Below are positions 56,462 through 64,000 of a stretch of DNA of 64,000 nucleotides, in pieces (the stretch's first letter is position 1; each line of letters opens with the position of its first letter). This DNA is from Candidatus Limnocylindria bacterium. GTDB lineage: Bacteria > Chloroflexota > Limnocylindria > P2-11E. The notes beneath the pieces were generated by a model. That model was not told where the DNA came from. It searched no databases and saw only the letters and a program-made list of their open reading frames with translations. The stretch is from contig DASYSC010000086.1 of the NCBI GenBank assembly GCA_036003765.1, forward strand, positions 1,158 to 65,157. Direction: 5' to 3'. The translations under genes and the position numbers were made by a program.

Positions 56462-56803
56462 GTGCAGGAGATCCTGAGCGCGCTCGCGGAACCGAATCGG
56501 CTGCAGATCGTCGAGCTCCTCCGACGGAAGCCACTGGCGGTCGGAGAAATCGTCGAGCGATTGCGGCTCCGCCAGCCGCAGGTTTCCAAGCACCTTCGTG
56601 TTCTGAGCGACGCCGGGCTCGTCGAGGCCCGTCCGGTCGGCCAGCAGCGGATCTATCGACTCCGCGCGCAGGCCCTCAAGGAGGTCGACGCCTGGCTTGA
56701 TCCCTATCGCCGCACGTGGGACGAGCGATTCGATCAGCTCGACGACGTTCTTCGCGACCTGAAGCGAAAACACAAGGAGAAGAAAGATGGCCATGGCAAG
56801 TAG
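56462..56803 (+). CDS. ArsR/SmtB family transcriptional regulator
   Basis: LAEPNRLQIVELLRRKPLAVGEIVERLRLRQPQVSKHLRVLSDAGLV. Confidence 0.9.
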   Translation: MQEILSALAEPNRLQIVELLRRKPLAVGEIVERLRLRQPQVSKHLRVLSDAGLVEARPVGQQRIYRLRAQALKEVDAWLDPYRRTWDERFDQLDDVLRDLKRKHKEKKDGHGK

Positions 56804-57299
56804 CACCGGAACAACGAAGGTCACTCTCCCATCGGACCGCGAGATCCTGATCACGAGGGAGTTCGACGCTCCGCGCGATCTCGTCTTCAAGGTGATGACC
56901 GATCCCAAACTCATTTCGCGGTGGTGGGGCCCGCGGAAGTACGCGACGGTCGTCGACAAGATGGACGTGCGCCCGGGCGGGGCGTGGCGTTTCATCATGC
57001 GCGAGCCCGACGGGAAGGAGAGCGGCTTCCGCGGCGAGTACCGCGAGGTCGTCCCGCCGGAGCGGATCGTCCAGACCTTCGAATGGGAGCCGATGGCGGG
57101 CCACATCTCGGTAGATACCGCGACGTTCACCGAGCGGGACGGGCGCACTCTGCTCACCGTGCGATCCCTGTTCGCGTCGAAAGAAGATCGCGACGGGATG
57201 GTCCAGAGCGGGATGGAAACGGGCCTCCGCGAGACACACGACCGGTTCGCGGTGCTGCTCGCCGAGCTTCGCGAGGAAGCTCGGAGCTCAGCCCGCTAA
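56787..57299 (+). CDS. SRPBCC superfamily protein (AHSA1/Aha1-like domain)
   Basis: ITREFDAPRDLVFKVMTDPKLISRWWGP...GGAWRFIM...GEYREVVPPERIV. Overlaps arsR by 17 nt, a commonly seen pairing. Confidence 0.8.
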   Translation: MAMASSTGTTKVTLPSDREILITREFDAPRDLVFKVMTDPKLISRWWGPRKYATVVDKMDVRPGGAWRFIMREPDGKESGFRGEYREVVPPERIVQTFEWEPMAGHISVDTATFTERDGRTLLTVRSLFASKEDRDGMVQSGMETGLRETHDRFAVLLAELREEARSSAR

Positions 57300-57320
57300 G
57301 TACTTGCGTTGGAGATCCAC

Positions 57321-57367
57321 ATCCGGGTCGCCGGCGTCAGCGTGACGCATGATGCCGGCGCCCGGAT
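57321..57367. terminator. GC-rich hairpin between convergent genes (candidate bidirectional terminator)
   Basis: Arms ATCCGGGTCGCCGGC / GCCGGCGCCCGGAT (14 bp with one bulge) and an 18-nt loop that itself contains GTCAGCGTGAC. No U-tract. Confidence 0.35.
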
Positions 57368-57387
57368 CGCCTAGGCGCGAGAGCGGC

Positions 57388-59379
57388 TTAGTCGAACGTG
57401 AACGCGTCCCAAGCGATGCTGTCCCAGGCCACGCTGTCCCACGCGACGCTATCCCACGCCACGCTGTCCCAGGCGACGCTATCCCACGCCACGCTGTCCC
57501 AGGCGACGCTGTCCCAGTCGAAGTTGTCCCAGGCCACACTGTCCCAAGCAACGCTGTCCCAAGTAAGCGTCTGCCAAGCGATACCGCCGAGCGTGGGGTC
57601 CTTCCACTTGAGTGGAACGACACGGAGAACCGGGAAGAGCGCGCGGGCGAAGCCGTGCGCGGGCCGGAGCGCGCGATTTGCGGGGGCCAGGCTCGCAACA
57701 GTGGTTGTAAGCGGAGTGGTACCCGTGAGAAGGTCGCCACCCTGCGCCGTCCCGCCAGGATCTCTCTGGACGGCGGCGAATGCGTCGAGCAGCCCGCTGC
57801 CAGCTGCGGTGGGATCGGGGAGAGCGACGCCGCTGTCTTGACCGAACGGCTGCGTCGTCCCGACCAAGACCGCCTTGACTTGATCTGGGCTCAAGTTCGG
57901 CCGGAGCTGGAGGATGAGCGCGACGGCACCGGACACCACGGGTGTCGCCATCGACGTTCCGCTGAGACGGAGGTACGTCGACCCATTGCTCGCCACGACG
58001 ACGCGGTCAGGGAACAGGGTGTCCAGGGCGCTTCCCGGAACGCGGATCGAGACGATCCGCCGCCCGGGTGCGACGAGATCGGGCTTGGCGTTCGAGTCAG
58101 AGCTGCCCCAGGAGGAGAAGGGGGCAAGCGTGTCGTCGCGCGAACCGATGGTCCCGTGGTCGTCGGTCGCGCCGACGGTGATGGCGTACGGGTCGATGCC
58201 CGGACTCGCGACGGTGTCGCGTCCAGGTCCGCTGTTGCCCGCCGCAACGACGACGACAAGGCCACGGCGCCACGCGATCTCTATCGCGGCGGACATCGGG
58301 TCGGTGCGGTATGAGGTGCGTGCGGGCGCCCCGAACGAGAGGTTGATGACGCGGATGTTGTAGGCGGAGCGGTGCGCGAGGACCCACTCGATCCCTCGTA
58401 CGACCGATGACATCCGACCGCTCCCGGTGCGGCCGAGCACACGTACGTCGACGATGTTGGCTTCAGGAGCTACGCCGACGAACTCGCCAGCGGAGCGGGT
58501 GCCGTTCCCGCCGATGATCCCCGCGACGTGCGAGCCATGCCCGCCCGGATCGCTCACCAGGCGTTGATCGGCGAAGTTGACCGACGCGAGGAGGCGGTTC
58601 GCGGGCTGGACGAGGTCCGGGTCCGCCGCGACCCCCGAGTCGAGGACCGCGACGGTCACGCCTATCCCCGTTATCCCCTGCGACCAGACCTGGTTGGCGT
58701 TCACCACGCGCGGGTAGGCCGTTGAGTACTGACTCTGAGTGGTGGATGTCGGGGTTGGCGTCGGCGTGGGGGTTGGGGTCGGTGTTGGCGTCGGCGTCGC
58801 GCTCGGATCGGCAGTCGGGCTTGCGACCGGCGCGAGCGTCGGTGTCGGGTTCGAGGCCGGCGCGGACGTCGGTGTCGGGGTAGGCGTCGGTGTCGGGATG
58901 GGTGTTGGAATCAGAGTCGGCGTGGGTGTGGGTAGCGGCGCGATCGTTGGCGGCGGATCGAGCATCAGTGCGGCCGCCGCGGGAGCCCGGGCGCTCGCCG
59001 GAGCCACCGTCGCGTCTAGATGGATGTACGCCACGTTGGGCGCGAGGCTCATGGCGTTGATGCCGGCAGGGTTCGCGAACCCCGCGGCACTGTCGATGAG
59101 GGCGAGCCCGGCGACCGGAGTCCCGTTGAGGCGGAGCAGTTCGAGCGCCTGGTTCGCGCGATCGACGTTCGGCGCCGCGCTGAACGGCGTGGCCGGCTGC
59201 TGCATCTCGACGATGACCGGCAGAAGCGACAGCGGGCGGGCCAGCATCAGGTTCTGCAACGCGGGATCGATCTTCTGCGGGATCGCTGAGTCCGCGCGGG
59301 CCGGTGGCGCCACCGCCACAAGCGCGAGCGCCAACACAACGAGCACGCAGGTGAAGCCGATCAGCCGGCGGCGGATCAT
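57388..59379 (-). CDS. Secreted S8 (subtilisin-like) serine peptidase with PT-rich linker and C-terminal W-x4 pentad repeat tail
   Basis: Signal peptide ...VAPPARA and an I9-like propeptide region. Triad contexts [18 protein letters not shown] and [11 protein letters not shown] overlaps the kinase stop (ATGA). Confidence 0.9.
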   Translation of the reverse strand: MIRRRLIGFTCVLVVLALALVAVAPPARADSAIPQKIDPALQNLMLARPLSLLPVIVEMQQPATPFSAAPNVDRANQALELLRLNGTPVAGLALIDSAAGFANPAGINAMSLAPNVAYIHLDATVAPASARAPAAAALMLDPPPTIAPLPTPTPTLIPTPIPTPTPTPTPTSAPASNPTPTLAPVASPTADPSATPTPTPTPTPTPTPTPTSTTQSQYSTAYPRVVNANQVWSQGITGIGVTVAVLDSGVAADPDLVQPANRLLASVNFADQRLVSDPGGHGSHVAGIIGGNGTRSAGEFVGVAPEANIVDVRVLGRTGSGRMSSVVRGIEWVLAHRSAYNIRVINLSFGAPARTSYRTDPMSAAIEIAWRRGLVVVVAAGNSGPGRDTVASPGIDPYAITVGATDDHGTIGSRDDTLAPFSSWGSSDSNAKPDLVAPGRRIVSIRVPGSALDTLFPDRVVVASNGSTYLRLSGTSMATPVVSGAVALILQLRPNLSPDQVKAVLVGTTQPFGQDSGVALPDPTAAGSGLLDAFAAVQRDPGGTAQGGDLLTGTTPLTTTVASLAPANRALRPAHGFARALFPVLRVVPLKWKDPTLGGIAWQTLTWDSVAWDSVAWDNFDWDSVAWDSVAWDSVAWDSVAWDSVAWDSVAWDSIAWDAFTFD
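57391..57576 (-). repeat. 15-bp periodic coding repeat encoding about 12 W-x4 pentads
   Basis: Encodes [20 protein letters not shown] (WDSVA)x6 [15 protein letters not shown] recurs every 15 nt on the coding strand, and units differ mainly at synonymous positions (Val GTT/GTG/GTC, Ala GCT/GCC/GCG, Asp GAC/GAT). Confidence 0.9.
58744..58959 (-). repeat. Low-complexity Pro/Thr-rich linker coding region
   Basis: Encodes [31 protein letters not shown]...[19 protein letters not shown]. The antisense frame gives the spurious GVGVGV ORF. Confidence 0.85.
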
Positions 59380-61133
59380 GCGCGTTTCCCCGCGGGCTGA
59401 CCGACGCTGTACGCGTCACGCAACGGCAACGTGAAGCAGAACGTGCTGCCTTGACCGTGCCCAAGCGACTCTGCCCACATCCGGCCACCGTGCTTTGCAA
59501 CAAGGCCGTGGGCGAAGTAGAGGCCGAGCCCGTCTCCCTTGACGCTTCGCGCCGATTCCGCCCGATACCCTCGGCGGAACACCTGCGCCAGCTCGCTGGC
59601 ATCCAGGCCGATCCCCTCGTCGCGGACGGAGACTGTCGCGCTCCGCTCGTCAGAGGCTACCGACACCGTTACGGTCGAGCCCTCCGGCGAGTACTTCAGG
59701 GCGTTCGAGAGAAGATTCATGATCACCTGACGCATCCGTCGTTCATCCCACTCGCCCACAGCGCTCTGGTCAGCGAGCACATTGATGTTGTGGCGCGTGG
59801 TCAGGCGAGCGCCGTCCGTCACCTCGCGGGTAAGGGCAGCGAGGTCCGTCGGCCACGGCGAGAGCGAGAGGAGCCCCGCCTCGAGGCAGTGAAGGTCAAA
59901 GAGTGTCGTCAGCAGCTCCGCGAGACGGTCCGCGTGCTTGACGATCGAAGCGGCAGCCGCCGTGGAGGCCTTGGCATCGCTCTCTCCCGAGGTCAGCCGT
60001 CGGAGGAGGATCTCAGCGTTACCCCTGATGAGCGTGAGGGGCGTCCCCATGTCGTGCCACGCCATCGCGAATATGTCTTCCCTCAGTCGTTCAAGATCGC
60101 GCTGCTCCGTGATGTCCCGGAGCACGATCACGCCGCCTTGCAGAGGACCTTTCGGCGAACGGAGCACGGACGCGCCCAGACTCAGAACTCGCCGTGCCCC
60201 CGAGTGGAGCTCGATCTCGAGGTCATCGACGCTCGTCCCGGAGCGGAGAGCATCGATGACCGGGAGGAGCGCTTCGGTGATCTCGCGCGCCGCGATGGGC
60301 CACTGCTCGAGACGCTGCCGCTCGAGCGGCTGGCCCAAGACGAGGCTCGCGCTATCGAGGCGGAGGAGCTCTCTGGCCGCGCGGTTCAATCGCACGATCG
60401 CGCCCCGTGCATCAACGATCAGGAGCGCGTCGTTCATGCTCGCGAGCACAGCCTCCAGCTGCAGAGCGTGTCGTTCGTGCTCCAGGGCCAGCTGCTCCGT
60501 GGCGCGAAGGCGCTTGATCGTGATAGCGGCCTGGCCAGCGATGGCGCCCAGACTGAGGACATCCTCATCGTCGTAGGCCTCGGGTCTATAGCTCTGGACC
60601 GAGAGCACACCGAGCACCCGGTCACCGGAAAGGATCGGAACCACGAGGCCCGACTGGGGTGAGACAAGCTCCCCGGCCTCGGTCCCGTAGAGGAGGCGGA
60701 CCGGCGGTCCCTCGGCGGACCATCGACGGATGAGCTTCGGTAACCCCGTTCGGATGACCTCGCTCGTGAAACCCTTGCCGAGCGGGAACGAACCGCCCTC
60801 GTGTTCGGCGCCGCGGTCCATCTGACGGACGACCTCTACGGTCTCGCTCGCCTCGTCGTAGAGGGCGAAGAGGAAGACCGTCGCGTCTACCAAGCGGGCG
60901 GTCTCGTCGTAGAGAGCGCGGAACAGCTCCGCGAGGTCGCGCGCGTCCGCACCAAGCGCTCCAAGGCGACTCGCAGCCTCGAGTCGCGCGCGGAGCCGCT
61001 CAGTCGAAGTCAGCGAGCCCAGCATGTCCCCCACCGCTACGGTCCTGGCATTGATGAGATGTGTATCTGGCGAAGAATATCGCGCGGCAACGACAGAGGA
61101 CGTCGGTTTGTTGGACACAGCGTTGGCTTGCAA
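59376..61133 (-). CDS. Cytoplasmic GAF-PAS sensor histidine kinase (no adjacent response regulator)
   Basis: GAF-like region (VFLFALYDE...[18 protein letters not shown]), PAS-like ([27 protein letters not shown]), H-box [13 protein letters not shown]-box [12 protein letters not shown]-box GDGLGLYF. No TM helices. Confidence 0.85.
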   Translation of the reverse strand: MQANAVSNKPTSSVVAARYSSPDTHLINARTVAVGDMLGSLTSTERLRARLEAASRLGALGADARDLAELFRALYDETARLVDATVFLFALYDEASETVEVVRQMDRGAEHEGGSFPLGKGFTSEVIRTGLPKLIRRWSAEGPPVRLLYGTEAGELVSPQSGLVVPILSGDRVLGVLSVQSYRPEAYDDEDVLSLGAIAGQAAITIKRLRATEQLALEHERHALQLEAVLASMNDALLIVDARGAIVRLNRAARELLRLDSASLVLGQPLERQRLEQWPIAAREITEALLPVIDALRSGTSVDDLEIELHSGARRVLSLGASVLRSPKGPLQGGVIVLRDITEQRDLERLREDIFAMAWHDMGTPLTLIRGNAEILLRRLTSGESDAKASTAAAASIVKHADRLAELLTTLFDLHCLEAGLLSLSPWPTDLAALTREVTDGARLTTRHNINVLADQSAVGEWDERRMRQVIMNLLSNALKYSPEGSTVTVSVASDERSATVSVRDEGIGLDASELAQVFRRGYRAESARSVKGDGLGLYFAHGLVAKHGGRMWAESLGHGQGSTFCFTLPLRDAYSVGQPAGKRA

Positions 61134-61320
61134 GATGGCCTTGCAGAGTTGGGGCCACGACGATAATCCGTATTAAGGTCGCGTTAGGTTCCCTTGAGAG
61201 CAGGCTGGCAGTAGCCATGTGGGGATCGGACATCCGAGCAACCGCTACGTCGACTAGACACCCGGTCTGGCGGGCGGACGTAGCGCCGCGACGGCCTTCT
61301 GCTCCTTGTAGCCTTCGCAG

Positions 61321-62511
61321 ATGGAGTCAGCATCGCAGCGACCGCTCCTTTCGCCGCCGCGCGGGTTCCGAGACGTGCTGCCGACAGAGGCGCGTGAGCT
61401 CCGCGTCATCGAACAGACACTGACCGGCACGTTCGCTGCCTCCGGCTACATGCCGCTCGAGCCGCCGATGATCGAGTACAGCGCCGCGCAACCGGCCCCG
61501 GAGCGGCTCATTCAGTTCCTGGACACCGACGGCTCGCTCGTCGCTTTGCGTCCGGACCTCACGACTGCGGTGGCACGGCTCGTCGCCCAGCGCTACCGAG
61601 AGACCGCGGGCGCACTCCGCCTCTCGTACTTCGCCCGCGTCTTCCGCGAGCAACCCGCGATGACCGCCACTGAGCGCGAGGTCGTGCAGGCCGGCGTCGA
61701 GCTCATCGGCGCATCAGGTCCGATCGCCGACGCCGAGGTCCTCGCCCTACTCGTCGAGTCCCTCGAGCGCTCTGGACTGCGACTCGATGGCTCGACGATT
61801 CACGTCGGGCACGTCGGCGTGGTGCGGCGGCTCTTCGCTCCGCTCGACGAAGAGCCCAGATCGGAAGTGCTCGGTGCGCTCCGCGCCGGCGACCTCGTGG
61901 GCGCCCTCCGTCGCGCACGGGAGGCGGGGATGGCGCGCGAGGACACCGCGCGCGCCCAGGCGGCGCTCGGCGTCGTCGGGCGCGGCGTCGAGCAGCTCGA
62001 AGGCGGCGACGTCGAGGAGCTCCGCCATGTCGTCCACCTCGCGCGCGAACGTTGGCCCGGCAGCGTCGAGGTCTGGGGCCTTCCCAACATCGGGCTCGTC
62101 CCCGCGCTCCCCTACTACACCGGGATCGTCTTCGAGGCGCTGCACCCTGCCGTCGGCGTCATCGCGTCGGGCGGCCGGTACGACCTCCTGATCGGCACGT
62201 ACGGCGCGCCGCGGCCCGCGACCGGCTTCGCGATCGACGTCCTGCGTTTGCATCGCGCGCTATTCGCGGAAGGCTGGCGGCCCGCGACCGCGAGTCCGCT
62301 GGTGACGCTCCGTCCCGGGGACGACGAGCGGGTGACGATGCGATGTGCGGCGTGTCTTCGGGCCGCCGGACTCAGTGTCGCGATCGGCGACGTCGCCGAG
62401 ACCGCCGGCATCGCGCTCGTCGCGGCGGCGGTCGTCGACGAGCGACGGGTCAAGCTCGGCGACGGGCGGACCCTCGACGCTATCACGCTCGCGCGCGAGC
62501 TCGCGACGTGA
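61321..62511 (+). CDS. hisZ: ATP phosphoribosyltransferase regulatory subunit
   Basis: HisRS-like catalytic core (PRGFRDVLP, LSYFARVFR, GGRYD) with no anticodon-binding domain. GTGA-coupled to a short-form hisG. Confidence 0.8.
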   Translation: MESASQRPLLSPPRGFRDVLPTEARELRVIEQTLTGTFAASGYMPLEPPMIEYSAAQPAPERLIQFLDTDGSLVALRPDLTTAVARLVAQRYRETAGALRLSYFARVFREQPAMTATEREVVQAGVELIGASGPIADAEVLALLVESLERSGLRLDGSTIHVGHVGVVRRLFAPLDEEPRSEVLGALRAGDLVGALRRAREAGMAREDTARAQAALGVVGRGVEQLEGGDVEELRHVVHLARERWPGSVEVWGLPNIGLVPALPYYTGIVFEALHPAVGVIASGGRYDLLIGTYGAPRPATGFAIDVLRLHRALFAEGWRPATASPLVTLRPGDDERVTMRCAACLRAAGLSVAIGDVAETAGIALVAAAVVDERRVKLGDGRTLDAITLARELAT

Positions 62512-63161
62512 GGCCGCTGCGCTTCGCGCTCGCGCAGGGCCTGCTGCTGAACGACGCGCTCGCGGCGCTGCGCGCGATCGCGCTCGACGTATCACGCGTG
62601 ACGCCGGGCGGTAGGCGCCTGGTCGTCGACGGCGGCGGCAACGTCGAGTTCGTGCTCGCGCGCCCGAGCGACATCGCGACCTACGTCGAGCGCGGCGCCG
62701 CCGATCTGGGCATCGTGGGCAAGGATGTGCTCATGGAGTCCGGAGCGCGCGTGCTCGAGCTCGTGGACCTCCACTTCGGCGCATGCCGCTTCGTGGTGGC
62801 CGCGCCGCGGGGCGCGCTGGAGCGCTCGCTCGACGAGTACCGTCACCTCGGGAGCCTCGAGGTCGCGACGAAGTACCCGCGTGTGGCGGAGGCGCATTTT
62901 CGCGCGCGCGGACTAGAGGTCGAGATCGTGAAGGTCGCGGGTTCGGCCGAGGTCGCTCCGCAGGTCGGCCTCGCGGACTGGATCGTCGACCTCGTCGCGA
63001 CCGGGGGGACGTTGCGCGCGAACGATCTCGCGATCGTTGAGGAGATCGCGGCGTGCAGCGCGAGGCTCATCGCGAATCCTGCCTCGTATCACTACCGACG
63101 CGCGGAGATCGCGCCGTTGGTCGAAAAGCTCGCCGAGTGGGCATCGAGCACGCAGCGATGA
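62508..63161 (+). CDS. hisG: ATP phosphoribosyltransferase, short form
   Basis: RFALAQGLL, ARPSDIATYVERGAADLGIVGKDVL, DLVATGGTLRAN. 217 aa, lacking the long-form C-terminal regulatory domain. Confidence 0.9.
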   Translation: MRPLRFALAQGLLLNDALAALRAIALDVSRVTPGGRRLVVDGGGNVEFVLARPSDIATYVERGAADLGIVGKDVLMESGARVLELVDLHFGACRFVVAAPRGALERSLDEYRHLGSLEVATKYPRVAEAHFRARGLEVEIVKVAGSAEVAPQVGLADWIVDLVATGGTLRANDLAIVEEIAACSARLIANPASYHYRRAEIAPLVEKLAEWASSTQR

Positions 63162-64000
63162 ACGCACGGCCGATCTCGTCGATGGCGCGCGACCTTGAAC
63201 GCGCGCGCCGCGGCGGCGCTTTCTCCGATGCGGAGCGCGACGCGGCAGCGCGCATCGTCGCCGCGGTCCGCCGTGATGGCGACGCGGCCGTCCTCCGAAC
63301 AGTCCGCCGGTTCGATCGGACCCGTGCGACCGCGCGCGAGCTCGTCGCCGACGCGTTCGACCTGCGCCGCGCCGCCCGGGGATGTCCGCGCGACCTTCGC
63401 GCCGCGCTCGGCGTCGCGTACTCGCGCATCCGCGCGTTCCACGAGCGCCAGCTGCCGCGTGAGATCCTCCGCCATGACGCTTACGGCGACGTGCGGCTGG
63501 TGCCCGCCCCGCTCGATCGCGTCGGCGCGCTCGTCCCGCGCGGAGTGTCCGCCTATCCCTCCACCGCGCTCATGACCGGCGTCCCCGCGCAGATCGCCGG
63601 CGTGCGCGAAATCGTCGCGGCGTCTCCCATGCCGCGCGACGGAGCGCTCGACCCCGCATTCGCCTACGCGCTTACGCTCGTCGGCGCGGCGGCGCTCTAC
63701 CGCGCCGGCGGAGCGGCCGCGGTCGCGGCGCTCGCCTACGGAACAAACAGCGTCGCGCGCGTCGACCGGATCGTCGGTCCGGGCAATGCGTACGCGGCGG
63801 CTGCGAAGTGGCTCGTCTCCGCCGACGTAGGCATCGACGCGCTCCAAGGACCGAGCGAGCTGATCGCCATTGCGTCCGCCGGCGCCGACCCGCGCGCGCT
63901 CGCGCTCGACCTCCTCGCACAGGCGGAGCACGGCGCCGACGCCTTCGCGGTGCTCATCTCCGACACTCCGACGCTGCTTCGCGACGTCGCCGCGGCCCTC
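63158..64000 (+). CDS. hisD: Histidinol dehydrogenase, 3' end cut by window edge
   Basis: My own translation of the open frame, which is absent from the ORF track because there is no stop in the window: ...YPSTALMTGVPAQIAGV...IVGPGNAYAAAAK...QGPSELIAIA...LAQAEHG. ATGA overlap with hisG. Confidence 0.85.
   Translation, partial: MNARPISSMARDLERARRGGAFSDAERDAAARIVAAVRRDGDAAVLRTVRRFDRTRATARELVADAFDLRRAARGCPRDLRAALGVAYSRIRAFHERQLPREILRHDAYGDVRLVPAPLDRVGALVPRGVSAYPSTALMTGVPAQIAGVREIVAASPMPRDGALDPAFAYALTLVGAAALYRAGGAAAVAALAYGTNSVARVDRIVGPGNAYAAAAKWLVSADVGIDALQGPSELIAIASAGADPRALALDLLAQAEHGADAFAVLISDTPTLLRDVAAAL

Noticed and set aside
57391-57576. 15-bp periodic repeat considered as a CRISPR-like or non-coding microsatellite array
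   Set aside because: There are no spacers. The period is an exact multiple of 3, lies in frame with the S8 peptidase up to its stop codon, and varies at synonymous sites, so it is a coding repeat.
58739-59434. 231-aa ORF with a (GV)n repeat on the plus strand
   Set aside because: It is the antisense reading of the Pro/Thr-rich linker of the S8 peptidase. The minus-strand frame carries the full catalytic triad.
61134-61320. Possible histidine attenuator/leader peptide or T-box upstream of hisZ
   Set aside because: I found no His-codon run, no small leader ORF with His residues and no obvious terminator/antiterminator alternative hairpins by eye.

Overview
High-GC (roughly 65-70% by eye, not computed) chromosomal segment with no rRNA, CRISPR array, transposase or integrase. 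It looks like a Terrabacteria-type soil bacterium (Chloroflexota/Actinomycetota/Dormibacterota-like). That placement rests on F420-type enzymes (DDN and LLM families), DUF3048/DUF3105/DUF6510 families and PT-rich linkers, and is inference only.

Gene content:
- I call about 70 protein genes, densely packed. At least 14 junctions have 1- or 4-nt start/stop overlaps (ATGA/GTGA/TTGA/TGATG), which suggests many translationally coupled operons.
- Housekeeping genes include msrA, glpD-glpK plus a convergent glycerophosphodiesterase, lepB and gltX. Histidine genes sit in three separate places: hisA; hisC; hisZ-hisG-hisD.
- There are three tRNAs: Glu-CUC, a Gly-UCC-like tRNA with an odd anticodon loop, and Gln-CUG.
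- Regulators comprise an OmpR/HK pair, PadR plus a HAAS membrane partner, MarR, TetR, ArsR and an orphan GAF-PAS kinase.

Most unusual items:
1. One ORF fuses a complete LLM oxidoreductase to a complete MenA-type prenyltransferase. It is coupled to gltX and followed by a CPBP protease.
2. Two paralogous minimal sulfite-oxidase-family Moco proteins are each coupled to a small Cys-motif protein (DUF6510 with an FNR-like reductase; DUF971).
3. An S8 peptidase ends in about 12 tandem W-x4 pentads (WDSVA) encoded by a 15-bp periodic repeat, and is co-transcribed with the orphan kinase.
4. A secreted protein has four tandem PKD-like modules, two of them nearly identical.
5. Several genes are decayed: a frameshifted DUF3052-like gene, an alpha/beta hydrolase with a frameshift plus an in-frame TGA, tandem HNH modules running into a tRNA, and an NPPF methyltransferase remnant beside tRNA-Gln.

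Limits: all family assignments come from motif recognition by eye and no searches were run. The long Arg/Pro/Gly-rich ORFs antisense to real genes are treated as high-GC artefacts.
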